Below, in pieces: positions 19,049-30,016 of a stretch of 64,000 bases of DNA (its first letter is position 1; each line of letters begins with the position of its first letter). The notes beneath the pieces were generated by a model, which was not told where the DNA came from, searched no databases, and saw only the letters and a list, made by a program, of their open reading frames with translations. The stretch is from assembly GCA_024650005.2 (NCBI GenBank), contig CP122380.1:1536001-1600000 (forward strand), in the 5' to 3' direction. Made by a program: the position numbers and the translations under genes. The stretch comes from Candidatus Bathyarchaeum tardum (GTDB lineage: Archaea > Thermoproteota > Bathyarchaeia > Bathyarchaeales > Bathyarchaeaceae).

Positions 19049-19186
19049 ATGAACGCGAAACTTCGTGAAATTCAGAAAAAACTTGCGAATCTTGAAAAAG
19101 AAGCAAAGGACATAAAGCGGCTTCGGTCAGACGTTCACTATGTCAAACAATTCAGCCGAATGATTGTTAAACATCAAGTAGACTAA
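19049..19186 (+). CDS. 45-aa coiled-coil protein
   Basis: MNAKLREIQKKLANLEKEAKDIKRL...; GGAG SD. Confidence 0.5.
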   Translation: MNAKLREIQKKLANLEKEAKDIKRLRSDVHYVKQFSRMIVKHQVD

Positions 19187-19326
19187 ATTAGGTCTGCTTT
19201 AATCTTTGGATGTTTTTTGTTTTCTGCAAAGGCAGGTTCATCCAATTTCTTAATTTGTTTTATGTTTTGTTTTTGTAGTTTGTTTTGTGGGCAACCTTTT
19301 ATTCAAGAACAGGATTTACGTTTATT

Positions 19327-19432
19327 TGGTGGGCGATGACGATTTTTGACCCACTGAATCGTGATTGAGATCTTGAGAAAAGCAGACACCAAAGTTTTGG
19401 TTGGTCCCTTTCAAGATTGCGTGAGCCCACCA
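19327..19432 (+). ncRNA. Candidate box C/D sRNA with an inserted long hairpin
   Basis: 8-bp terminal stem TGGTGGGC/GCCCACCA, C box ATGACGA, D' CTGA, C'-like GTGATT, D-like GTGA; GC-rich island in AT-rich intergenic DNA. Confidence 0.6.
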
Positions 19433-19590
19433 CCATTAAGGTTCCATTTTTGGTTGTGTTTGTAGCTCTTTGTGTTGTGCATGATTACATTTTGTTAATG
19501 TGTAGTACACATATGCAGTATTATGTCAAAAATCGTAATATATAGTTAAATGTGAAATAAGTACCAGATAATCAACAACAGAAAACGGTT

Positions 19591-19920
19591 GTGTACCAGT
19601 TGTCAGAAGCTAAAATTAAAAAAATTCTCACAAACGAAAAACTCTCTGCGATAAAAGCAGCTCTGGAAAAAGATCACGCGATTGATTGCATCTTTCTTTT
19701 AAAACTAGAAAACGGCAGATGGAAAAACGCAAAGTCCTTCATGAAAGATCTAAACCTCACCCTCAGCGACGGCACCTTCCGTTCAAGAATGATGGAACTA
19801 GAAAGCCTAGGCATCGCAAAAAGCGTAGCCATCGACCCCTTAAAGAAATATTATGTGATCACAGAACTAGGCAACAAAGTAGCCGACCTGCTCTTGAGCA
19901 TGTTTGACGAGTTAGAGTAA
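19591..19920 (+). CDS. Winged-helix transcriptional regulator
   Basis: LSDGTFRSRMMELESLGI...YVITELG. Confidence 0.75.
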   Translation: MYQLSEAKIKKILTNEKLSAIKAALEKDHAIDCIFLLKLENGRWKNAKSFMKDLNLTLSDGTFRSRMMELESLGIAKSVAIDPLKKYYVITELGNKVADLLLSMFDELE

Positions 19921-20060
19921 CTTTTTATTCTTTTATTGTTTTTTGGGCTTGTTTTTTGGTTATTTTTTTGGTTTAGTAATATGTTGTATTAAGTCGTAAG
20001 ATTTAAATCTGGATTCTGTATAGTTGACATGTGACAAATACAGGAGGGAAAGAAAACAAA

Positions 20061-20522
20061 ATGAAAAGACTCCTAAAAAATAAAAAAGCCTTAAGCCCAG
20101 TCGTAGCAGCAATCATATTGATCGCAGTAACAGTAGCAGTATCCATCGCAGTAGCAGCCTGGATGGGCTCACTAACCATCGGCTTCATGGAAACCAAAGA
20201 GGCAAAAATCACTGCAATGTCATTCGACAACATAATCATTACTGGTACAGAAACCAGTGGCGTACTCAACGTTACAATATCTAACACAGGAACAGCCAAA
20301 GTTAACATCGCTACAATCAGAATTAATGGCGCAAATGTAGATGCATTGGATGTTTATACTGCAACAATAACAGCACAAACTCTTCCAATTCAACTTGAAC
20401 CCGCATCGGGTCCAGTTACTTACGTAATTGACCTTGGATCATGGACTGCTGGTAACAAATACGCTGTTAGCTTGTATGAAACTGATGGAACATTAGTCGG
20501 CTCTTTCACAGGCACTGCTTAG
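20061..20522 (+). CDS. Archaeal type IV pilin (class III signal peptide)
   Basis: KNKKA/LSPVVAAIILIAVTVAVSIAV; start revised to ATG 20061. Confidence 0.9.
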   Translation: MKRLLKNKKALSPVVAAIILIAVTVAVSIAVAAWMGSLTIGFMETKEAKITAMSFDNIIITGTETSGVLNVTISNTGTAKVNIATIRINGANVDALDVYTATITAQTLPIQLEPASGPVTYVIDLGSWTAGNKYAVSLYETDGTLVGSFTGTA

Positions 20523-20552
20523 GCTTGAATCAGGAATTTTCAACTTGAAATT

Positions 20553-20572
20553 GGGGTTGGCTTCGGCTGCCC
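20553..20572 (+). other. cUUCGg-capped hairpin after the pilin gene
   Basis: GGGGTTGGC-TTCG-GCTGCCC followed by a T-rich tract. Confidence 0.35.
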
Positions 20573-20606
20573 TATTTTCCTTATCTTTGGAGGTGTAAAA
20601 TAACAA

Positions 20607-21032
20607 ATGGTAGTAGAATTAAAAGAATATGAATCCGCAGTCGACATAGCTAAAGCTATGGACGATGATATTTCAAAAACCAAAAGTGTACTAGGTGAAT
20701 ACTTACGCAGACTGGATTCCATACGGAATTTAGCTGAGAGATCAAAGAAGATACGAGAAGTAGTCTTCAAACTCGCGGGCAAAAAATCAGCCCAAGAAAG
20801 TCTCGGCGAAATGACCGTTGGGGACTTGAGCGTAATCCTAGATGCTAACCCGTTCCATGAACTAACTGCAATTGAGCAAGTAGTTCGCAGCCAACAAGAC
20901 AGGCTACTGGTGCTACAAAAAGCCCGGGAAGCACTGAACTGGGTTGACCAAATCGGGGACACGGAAGGACTCAAGTACATAGTGCTAGAAAGCGACGGGG
21001 TTCCAGAACAAATACTGCTCAAAATCTCATAG
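20607..21032 (+). CDS. Coiled-coil hypothetical protein (helix-hairpin-helix layout)
   Basis: 141 aa, GGAGGTG SD. Confidence 0.7.
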   Translation: MVVELKEYESAVDIAKAMDDDISKTKSVLGEYLRRLDSIRNLAERSKKIREVVFKLAGKKSAQESLGEMTVGDLSVILDANPFHELTAIEQVVRSQQDRLLVLQKAREALNWVDQIGDTEGLKYIVLESDGVPEQILLKIS

Positions 21033-21054
21033 ATTGGGCAGGAGTTGAACAAAA

Positions 21055-21810
21055 ATGAACAGGGACCCTTACGTTACTGCACTAAACAACGCATTAACTG
21101 AAATCCAAAAGGCGTACCCTGACATCACTCACTCTTTCATTTTTACTGACAACGGCGCAACTTACGCAGGTGAAACAGAAACCGATGCTACACTGTTAAA
21201 CAAAGTTTTAGAATCTTTCGAAGAATTAAAACAAAAAACCAAAGCAATTGGCAACATCACCAAATATTCAGTTAACTGCGAAAACGGCAAACTATACATG
21301 TCAAACATTAACGGCATGTACTTTATGTTGGCAACTAATGAAAACGCCGATGATGCCCAAATTTATTCCCTTACCCATGTGGTTATCCCACCACTTTTGA
21401 AAACTTTGCAAACCTTTGCTGGACAAAAAAGTGCCCAAATGGACAGTATACAAAATAGTTCAGCAAAAAATGTAACTAAACTTCAAAACAATCCAACGGG
21501 CGCTCAGTCTCACCTCCAAGAGGAAACTACCGTCAATTTGGTAGTAAATCCTTTGAGTGGTTTCTTTGATGGCGACTCAGTGCAAATTGATGAAACCACA
21601 TTAAACGACTGGAGCGAAAACGAAGCAGATGGAGAAGACATCAAATACGTTAAAATCGAAACCATTAATGGAAAATCTACAAGATGCAAAGTAAAAAAGA
21701 TCACTGTGGGCAACATGAAAGGCAAAAACTTCATTCGAATGCCAGCAAAATACTGCGACGTACTTAAAGTAAAAGGCGGCGACAGGGTAAACGTCTCGCC
21801 AGACCTATAG
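21055..21810 (+). CDS. Roadblock/profilin-like domain plus C-terminal double-psi beta-barrel (CDC48-N-like) domain
   Basis: N-terminal L.EI....PDI..SFIF..NG pattern; C-terminal IRMP......LKV..GDRV.V.P. Confidence 0.55.
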   Translation: MNRDPYVTALNNALTEIQKAYPDITHSFIFTDNGATYAGETETDATLLNKVLESFEELKQKTKAIGNITKYSVNCENGKLYMSNINGMYFMLATNENADDAQIYSLTHVVIPPLLKTLQTFAGQKSAQMDSIQNSSAKNVTKLQNNPTGAQSHLQEETTVNLVVNPLSGFFDGDSVQIDETTLNDWSENEADGEDIKYVKIETINGKSTRCKVKKITVGNMKGKNFIRMPAKYCDVLKVKGGDRVNVSPDL

Positions 21811-21821
21811 AGGGTGATTGT

Positions 21822-22172
21822 TTGTTAGCAAAAAACGTCGAAAAACAAAAAAATGATGAACTGCAAGCAAAACTGCAGGACATCAAAAAACAAGAAGGAA
21901 TCATCGGGTTCATCATACGCGGACCAGAAACAGCAGCAATCGACATTAAAGATCCTAAAAAAATCATCGAATACGCATCTTTGTCTTCAGCAGCATTCGA
22001 AACAAGCAATGACATTTGCAAAAACGTTGAAATCGGCAAAGTAAACAACTTGGTTGTTGAAAGTGAAGACACAAAAATCTTGTGCACCACCGTAAACGAC
22101 CAAAACATCAGCATATTCATGGAAAAAACAGTCAACCACGACAAACTATGCAAAGACCTGAACAGTTCCTAA
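21822..22172 (+). CDS. Roadblock/LC7 (MglB-like) protein
   Basis: L..IKKQEGIIGFII...ASLSSAAF...LVVES...ISIFMEK. Confidence 0.7.
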   Translation: MLAKNVEKQKNDELQAKLQDIKKQEGIIGFIIRGPETAAIDIKDPKKIIEYASLSSAAFETSNDICKNVEIGKVNNLVVESEDTKILCTTVNDQNISIFMEKTVNHDKLCKDLNSS

Positions 22173-22385
22173 CCTTAATTTTTTTAATTCCTAAAACTAG
22201 CCAAGTTACAACTCGCTTGCTTAGTTTGTTTTTATCATTATTTCTTGGGTTCTTTCAGTGTTCACCAAATTTTTTTCAAAAAACTGTTTTCAGAGATAAA
22301 CCTAAAAGCCAAAATAGAGTAATGCTCAGCAATGCAACATCATTGTTCATGTTAAACTGCAACAAAACAAACCGAGAGAAAAACC

Positions 22386-23222
22386 ATGGGAAAACTAACA
22401 GGCTTTATCCAAATAATACGACCCCTGAACTGCTTAATGATGGGGTTTGCAGTTATTGTCGGTGCCTCGTTGGTTTCGGATCTTAGTTTTAACTCGAATT
22501 TGCTGTTTGCTTTTTTGACTGCATTCACGTTAACTGGTGCATCCATGGTAGTAAACGACTATTATGACCGCAAAATCGATGCCATAAACGAACCTAACCG
22601 CCCAATACCAAGGGGAGATGTATCACCCCAACAGGCACTAGTTTACGCTTTGACCTTAAGCGTTCTTGGATTGCAAGCAGCGTACATGACTAACTTGTCA
22701 AGCCTTGCAGTAGCCATAGCAGCATGGATAATATCGATAACGTACATCACCAAAGGAAAAAGCACAGGATTGCCAGGAAACTTTTTGGTCAGCGCAACAG
22801 TGGTCATTCCGTTTATTTACGGAGGATTAGCAGTAGGACAACTTCAAACCTCAACCTTGCTGTTTGTAGCAATCGTGTTTTTCTCAAACACAGGACGAGA
22901 AATAACAAAAGGCATAGTAGACGTTGAAGGAGACAAATCTCACAAAATTAAAACAATTGCAGTAACTTTTGGAGAAAAAAACGCAGCAATCGCAGCAACA
23001 ATATTCTCCCTTATCGCAGTAACCTTAAGCCCCTTGCCCTGGCTTTGGGGACTAGTTTCAGACTGGTTTTTGCCAGCAGTAATCATAACAGACATTGGCC
23101 TAGTTGCATCTGCAATTATGTTGCTAAAAGATTACTCACGAAGCAACGCCAAAAAAATAAAAAACATGCATCTAGCATGGTTCATAACTGGACTTGTAGC
23201 ATTCATAATGGGAACAATATAA
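22386..23222 (+). CDS. Digeranylgeranylglyceryl phosphate synthase (UbiA family)
   Basis: IRPLNC, NDYYD..IDAINEP.RPIP.G, REI.K.I.DVEGD. Confidence 0.9.
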   Translation: MGKLTGFIQIIRPLNCLMMGFAVIVGASLVSDLSFNSNLLFAFLTAFTLTGASMVVNDYYDRKIDAINEPNRPIPRGDVSPQQALVYALTLSVLGLQAAYMTNLSSLAVAIAAWIISITYITKGKSTGLPGNFLVSATVVIPFIYGGLAVGQLQTSTLLFVAIVFFSNTGREITKGIVDVEGDKSHKIKTIAVTFGEKNAAIAATIFSLIAVTLSPLPWLWGLVSDWFLPAVIITDIGLVASAIMLLKDYSRSNAKKIKNMHLAWFITGLVAFIMGTI

Positions 23223-23228
23223 AACTGT

Positions 23229-23555
23229 TTAACAGATTTTGCTTCCGGCAGCAACATCTTTTTCTGGAGAAACCAAAGCAACGTTTCCTTGTTCGTCTTC
23301 TGCAGCGAGAATCATGCATTGAGATTCAATTCCCATTAGTTTTCTTCGCTCCAAATTTGTAAGAAACAAAAATTTTTTGCCCACTAACTCGTCGGGCTGA
23401 TAATATTTCAACAAACCTGCTACACATTGCCTTTTTTCCGAACCAAAATCAACAACAAGTTTCAACAAATTTCGAGAATCGGGAACAGATTCTGCTTCTT
23501 CAACTTCACCGATACGGATATCCAGTTTTGTGAAATCTTCATAACTAATTTCCAT
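23229..23555 (-). CDS. tRNA-binding OB-fold protein (MetRS C-terminal/Trbp111/CsaA-like)
   Basis: DFTKLDIRIG, L..RKLMGIESQ.MILAA. Confidence 0.9.
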   Translation of the reverse strand: MEISYEDFTKLDIRIGEVEEAESVPDSRNLLKLVVDFGSEKRQCVAGLLKYYQPDELVGKKFLFLTNLERRKLMGIESQCMILAAEDEQGNVALVSPEKDVAAGSKIC

Positions 23556-23645
23556 GGTTAAATCACTTGACCTAATTTTTAGGTCTCATTGCATGCTTTA
23601 AATTTATGTGCGATTCAAAAACTTGAATTTTACTAACAGCCAAGG

Positions 23646-26600
23646 TTACTCCAGTCCATGATTAAGTTTATTTTCATTTTCTGTAGGTATGTCTATAACG
23701 AATTTGGCGCCCTTGTCAGGAATGCCGGTTTCTTTTATGGTCCAGTTGTAAACTTCACACATTTTTCGAATCAAGTATAAACCATAGCCGGTTCCTTTGC
23801 CATAGCCTTCATTGAAGATTAATTCTTTTTCTTGTTCAGGTATGCCTATACCATCATCTTCATATAGCAAATTCAAATGATCCTTTGATTCTTCAAAGTA
23901 AACCTTAACTTGGGTGACCTTTTTTCCATGAGTTAACGAGTTATGCATCAGATTATAGAACACCTGAGTCAATAACGAATCAGCAAAAACTGAAAGCCCG
24001 TCACAGCTGTTGACTAAAGCTATTTCTCCCAAATCTAAACTAATTGCAGCTGCATTAACACAAGAACCCACATCAATTTGGGACATTTCTTCGATGCCTA
24101 ACTGTTCATAAAGGCGAGCAAAATCAAAAATGCTGCTTATCTGTGAAATGGCTTTTTCAGCATTTTCAAGATTCTTTAACGCTGGAGTGTCTTTTGCAAG
24201 AGTGCGTTTAGCCAAATACAAATTGTTTGCAATAACAGAAAGCTTATTTCGAGCATCATGACGAGATAAACGCCCAACAACATTTAATTTTTCGTTCATC
24301 TGGGTAGCTCGATTTTTTCCAGACTCTAATTCCTCAAGTATTTTGCTGTTTCTTAAAGCAATAACAGCAATTTTTCCAAAAGCTACAATTATTTGGGCAT
24401 CTTGTTCCGTGAATCCCCCTGGTTTATTAGCTAAACCAATTAATCCAACAGGTTCTTCATCCAGAATCATTGGCCCAAACAACACATTTTCCAGTTTAAC
24501 ATGTCCTTTGGGAAGAAAACCTTCAAATTCAGAATCACCAAAACTGTTTTCATAAACAGGTTTTCCCGTTTTGTAGACTAATTCTCGAAGACCACGAATT
24601 GGCATGGGAAGAGTCGGATCAACAGTACAATTCAAATCACCTGAACTCAAAAACACAACTTCATTTTCTAGACCATCATCACTTAGTAAAGCAACATACC
24701 CTGCAGTTGCTTCAATTAATTCTTTAGATTCATTGAAGATAATTGACGCTGCATCCTTGAATTTTCGATGCTCTAAAACTGCCCGAGAAGAAGTTAACAA
24801 ACCTTCAATCATCATTTGCCATTTTGCCAATTCAGCCAAGGCGTCTTGGACTTTCTCTTCAGCAACTCGACGTTCAGTTATGTTTCTGCCATAAATGTTA
24901 CAGTATCCTTTATCAGAAAAAGGAGTGATTGAAAACGAAAACCTGATCATCACAAACTACTTCAATTTCTTCAAGGGAATTCAATTCAAGGCACCTGAAT
25001 ACTGCTTCTTGAAGCTCTTGGGGCAAAAATTGTTCTCCATCTTTTATTGTTGCCCAGCAGTGTTTTTGAACTGCATGATTAGCATAAATTATAACTCCTG
25101 CTTTTGTTACCCTTAGAACTGGATCGGGGTTTTCATCAGGAAACCTTGCTAAGTACCTAATTTCTTTTTCATTTTTTTTGCGTTCAGTTACATCTTCAAA
25201 AACAGTAACAAAACTTCCTTTTTTTATCGAAAACACTGATATCTTGAAATCTTTTCCCATCGGAGCAAAATGGGATTCAAAACGTTCCGGTTCACCTGTT
25301 TCGGCAACTTTAGCGTAAATTTCAAAAAACGGAGGTTCATTAGCAGCATACAAAACAGTAGCGGTTTTTCCTACAGCGTCTTCACGTTTGATAGATACGA
25401 TTTCTTCAAATCTTTTGTTTACATCCAAGATTATGTAATTGTTTGGATTCCCTTCGATATCATAGGTTAATTCATGAATTGCGACACCCTCTTGCATGTT
25501 CATGAATAAACTTCTGAACATAGACTCACTCTCAGCAATTTTTTGTTCAGCATTCTTTTGTTCGGTAATGTTAATTGAAATAATTTGGCATCCAATTATT
25601 TGGTTTTGGAAATTAATTATTGGCTTATAAACTGAACTGAACCATTTTTCTCCAGAGGGCAATTTTATATTATCTTCAAATTTTTGTATAGTTCCTGATT
25701 CAGTAATTTCTTTGATCCTATCAAGAATTATATGCCCCATCTTTTGCCCAAAAACATCTTTGGCATTTTTTCCAACAAAATCGTCAAGACCACCTTGCAT
25801 ATATTCGCAAGCTTTAGGATTTAACAAAGTTATGGTGCCTTTTAGATCATAGTGACCGATTCCAAATTGTGAAGTATTTAATAGATTTTTTAACACAGTT
25901 AAGTTGTCTTTTAATTTAAACTCATTTTCTTTCATTTGAGTTATATCAAAAAAATAGTGAACATAAAGTTCATCATTATAAGGAGCCCAGATTCCACGGT
26001 ACCATCTACCACGATATTTTACTTCTAAGGTTTTCACATCATCTGTTTCCCATACTTCGGGGGCTCTACAAAAAGCACATGGGTCACCTCTTTTTGCACA
26101 TGTTTGATAACAAGTTTTTCCTGGAAATGCACCAAATTCCTTAGCAAGTTTATTTGAAGCAACAATTTCACGAGTGTTTTTCCTTAAAATCAGGGCAGCA
26201 CCAGGAATATTATCAAGAAGAACATTTTTCAAACTAATTTCTTCACTTAATTTTTTATCAATCAGTTTAGATTCAGTTAAATCAATCGCAATTTCTGTGG
26301 CGCTAACAATTTCTCCAATTTCATTTCGTATCGCAGTAGCAGTAATCTCTAGATGTTTAACTGTTCCATCGGGTTGACGAACAGTTTGGTAATGAATAAC
26401 CTGATCTTTACAGGTTTCAAAAATCTCTTTAACGCCACAATTCGCACAAACTGATTTTTGGTTGTTTAATACGCTGTAACACTTTTTTCCAAGCACATCA
26501 CCATAAGTGCCAGTGATGACTTTGTTTGCATATAAAACCTCATAATCTTTTGAAATTATTGTAAGGTCAGCATTAATGTGACGGGTAACAGTGTCTAACA

Positions 26601-27441
26601 TTTCATAATTTCTAAGTAGCTGTTGTTCAATTTTTTTCTCATCAGTTACGTCATTGTAAATTGAAACAATTTCACCAGAAGGAAGCTTATATGTGTAAGA
26701 ATTTCGAATACTCTCTGGTTTCCCAGATTCAGAATAAACCGAGTTACTATATTCTGGTTTTCCAGTTTTCCAAACCCTTCTAAAAACATCTAAAAATCCA
26801 TCTTTTGCTCCCGGAAAGACCTCGAGCACATCTTTTCCAATCAAGTCTGCTTTTTTTACACCTTCAATTTTTTCTGCACTTTTGTTAAAATCACTAAAAA
26901 CGAAAAAGTTGCCATTATCTTCGACTGTATATACTGCAACACCACTACGCATGTTATCAAATAATTCTCTGAAACGAGTTTCACTTAATAACAACCTTTT
27001 TTCGGCACGCTTATTTTTAGCCAATTCCAAAAGCACATGAGATAATTCACCAAAAACAGTTTCAGGCTTTCCTACTTTGTTGATGTAATAATTTGCACCT
27101 AAATTCAACGCTTTTACAGCAACTTCTTCCCGACCTTTTCCAGTAAACAAAATAAACGGAGTATTATCACCTTGTTCCCGGACTTCTTTGAGAAAGTCTA
27201 AACCATTCTTCAGGGGCATCTGGTAATCTGAAATAATTTCATCAAATTCTTGTCCATTCAACAGCTTAAGGGCTTCATCAACTGAAGAGCACGTGACCAC
27301 TTCAAAAGGACCAACATCTTCCAAAATTTGTTTTGCAGTAATTTGTAGACCTGAATCATCATCTACGTACAGAACCTTAACTGTCAAATCACAATGATCA
27401 GCAAGGGGTGGGATGAATTTATCCAATGTTATTGAAGACAT
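23646..27441 (-). pseudogene. Hybrid REC-(PAS)n-GAF-histidine kinase split by a frameshift near 24940
   Basis: REC (VDDD, ISDYQMP) and PAS repeats in 24913-27441. The last PAS domain continues in another frame (SFSITPF...YGRNITER) into GAF, H-box RHDARN and EDDGIGI/GTGYGL in 23646-24953. Confidence 0.8.
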
Positions 27442-27721
27442 GATCGGAACAACTAGCCTTAATATTGCAATTAATTACTAATTCAAAAAAATATGAATTA
27501 AAGAATTTAATAATTACGAACGCTAAGTATGAATACAAAATATTGTTATTCAAATTGTAAACATTTTCAATCATCAAAAAAAAGGATTAATGATCCGACA
27601 ACTATGAAATATCTTGATTTTTATATTACTATGAACACATAAACAGAAATGTTTTAGAGATCATCAACAAATTACGAAGTACTAAAAAAGAGAAAAAACT
27701 CAAACAGCTATTTCGAGTTTT

Positions 27722-28294
27722 TCAATCTCTTATTTCTTTTACGTACACTGTTGCTAACATACAATCTCCAAGTCGCTGACAAAGGATGCACTCTTGAGGA
27801 ACAGGTTCATCCTTGGGTCTACTTGATAAATAACCAAAATGGTGAAGACAACCCGAAAAGAATCGGTCTTCGCTAGCTGCTACAGAATTCTTGCTAACAG
27901 ATTTTCTTGTACAGTTTCCTTGTTTAACTTCATTATGCTTTTGGCTTTTTTGTGAAGACATCATTAACAGCGGTTCCACTTCTGAATTTACAAGCATACG
28001 ATTTCGAATAAACATAACAGCTCCAGCACCAAAGAACGCCAAAGCAACATAGACATAATTTATCAGCGTCATGCCTATTCCTAGGCTTATTGCTTCACCA
28101 GTTCGGGAACCAAAAAATATTGTTCCCATGTCTTTGTTCCAGACAGTAACATCGTTTATTGTCAGAGATCCAACCCAAACCAAAACCAAGGCTCCAACTG
28201 CAAACAAACTGAAAATAATTAAGTTTGGCATCGAACGTAGAAAATCAAATTTTGACAATAACGAATCTGTTGACATTTCTTCTCCTCGCTGCAT
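27722..28294 (-). CDS. Two-TM membrane protein with C-terminal Cys/His (putative Zn) motif
   Basis: GCLHHFGYL...PQECILCQRLGDCM. Confidence 0.65.
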   Translation of the reverse strand: MQRGEEMSTDSLLSKFDFLRSMPNLIIFSLFAVGALVLVWVGSLTINDVTVWNKDMGTIFFGSRTGEAISLGIGMTLINYVYVALAFFGAGAVMFIRNRMLVNSEVEPLLMMSSQKSQKHNEVKQGNCTRKSVSKNSVAASEDRFFSGCLHHFGYLSSRPKDEPVPQECILCQRLGDCMLATVYVKEIRD

Positions 28295-28981
28295 TTTTAG
28301 CCTGATTTACTCTTATTTTTCCAAGGAGTATTTAGTATTGATGAACCTTGGATATATTTACAAAATCTATTACAGTAATTCATGTATTTCTCAAAACAGC
28401 ACAAAAAATTTTGGTACTTAATCAGTTCTAACTGGACATAAACAAAACAAGCTACCCAGCAAAAGGAACCTAATCAAAGGTTGTTCCATTGGAAGCATTC
28501 GGGTTTAGGGATATTTCAACATGATATATACATTGTAAATAAATGATGCAAATGAAATTGCCGCAACAAAAATGCTGCCATTATTTCTTGCTCGGCTTCT
28601 ACAGTTACAATGACTCCCGTTGGACCTTGCATCCGATCGCACAACCTTCTTTGCAAGGAAAAACAAGAACCAAAATGATAATTCTGTAAACCAATCCAGT
28701 AATGATTCCAATAACCAATCATCGTAACTGATTCTTATGAATCAACAATAAAGTGCTCAACGATTGTGAAACTAGACGACAGGAGTAAAACAGAAAAAAT
28801 CAGAGGCAACAACAAAAAATATTGATCCAATCATTGCTTAGAATTCCCCTTCCAAATAAATTGGTTAGAAATATTCTTAAAACTTTGAAGGTCTCAGATT
28901 ATTATAATGAGCAAGGCAAAACTTGTTTAACGTAGAATATATTGAATAAAAGCAAACTCAAACAGTAAAGGTTATAAAAAA

Positions 28982-29905
28982 ATGAAGCGGCAAACTTTTT
29001 TTGAAATCGCAGAACAAGCTTTTCAAAAATGGTTAAGAAACCATTCCTCGTTACGGGCTGCTGCTCTTGCATATTTCATTATGTTGCCCCTTCCTTCGCT
29101 GTTTCTTATTGCGATGATTATTTTGTCCCAGGTCTATGGGTTTTCAAACTCGTTCCAAACATTGATGCAACAACTAACAACCATCGTAGGTCCAACTGTT
29201 GCTAATCTAGTTGAACAAATTTTAGGTACCGTGTCATCCCCTTTCACGTCTGTTATCACGTCAATTGTAAGCGTTGCGTTCACATTTGTTGGAGCAATAG
29301 GAGCATTTGGAGTTTTACAAGACACAATGAACACAATCTGGGAAGTTAAACAACCCAAACTAAATTTTAAACAAAAAATCAAGCGCAAAGTGGCTCCATT
29401 CTTTTTAATTTCTTTTCTGGGACTAGTTATAATGGCATGGACAGGGATAACCACCTTTTTGTTAGAATCCATAACGTATTTACTGGTTCCAGTTGTTTCA
29501 AACGCAATTTATGCTCTTATTCAAGTAACCCAACTCATTTTGTCTTTTGGATTAGCAACTCTGGTGTTTGCAGTAATGTACAAATATATTCCAGAAACCC
29601 AAATCAGCTGGAAAGACGTTCGCGGAGCAGCAATTCTTACAGGCTTAATTTTCACGGTAACCAACTATTTGATTGGAATAATTCTAGAAACCTTCACTGT
29701 TACTTCAGTTACAGGAGCAGCAGGGGCAATAATGATTTTATTAATATGGATTTACCTAATTACGCAACTACTGATTTATGGAGTAGCATTCTCCAAAGCG
29801 TATTCAGAAAAAATGGGCTCAAATGCGCCAGAAGATAATGAAACAGCAAAAACTGAGCCACCAATTATTCCAGCAAAGTCTATAAACTCAGGACATGAAA
29901 ATTAG
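28982..29905 (+). CDS. YihY/BrkB family membrane protein
   Basis: AAALAYF, LQDTMNTIW, MYKYIP, GAAGA..ILLIWIY. Confidence 0.9.
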   Translation: MKRQTFFEIAEQAFQKWLRNHSSLRAAALAYFIMLPLPSLFLIAMIILSQVYGFSNSFQTLMQQLTTIVGPTVANLVEQILGTVSSPFTSVITSIVSVAFTFVGAIGAFGVLQDTMNTIWEVKQPKLNFKQKIKRKVAPFFLISFLGLVIMAWTGITTFLLESITYLLVPVVSNAIYALIQVTQLILSFGLATLVFAVMYKYIPETQISWKDVRGAAILTGLIFTVTNYLIGIILETFTVTSVTGAAGAIMILLIWIYLITQLLIYGVAFSKAYSEKMGSNAPEDNETAKTEPPIIPAKSINSGHEN

Positions 29906-30016
29906 ATCACTAAGTGTTGGATGTACTAATCCCTTAAAAGAAAGATTTAGTCTTTTAGGTTACTACCAAAAAAATATACCAAGTAACATCAGAGGGAAAA
30001 ACTCTGATCCAAAAAA

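Noticed and set aside
28380-28835. Overlapping short ORFs at 28505-28722
   Set aside because: Looks like a heavily decayed membrane-protein gene or noise; no family recognisable
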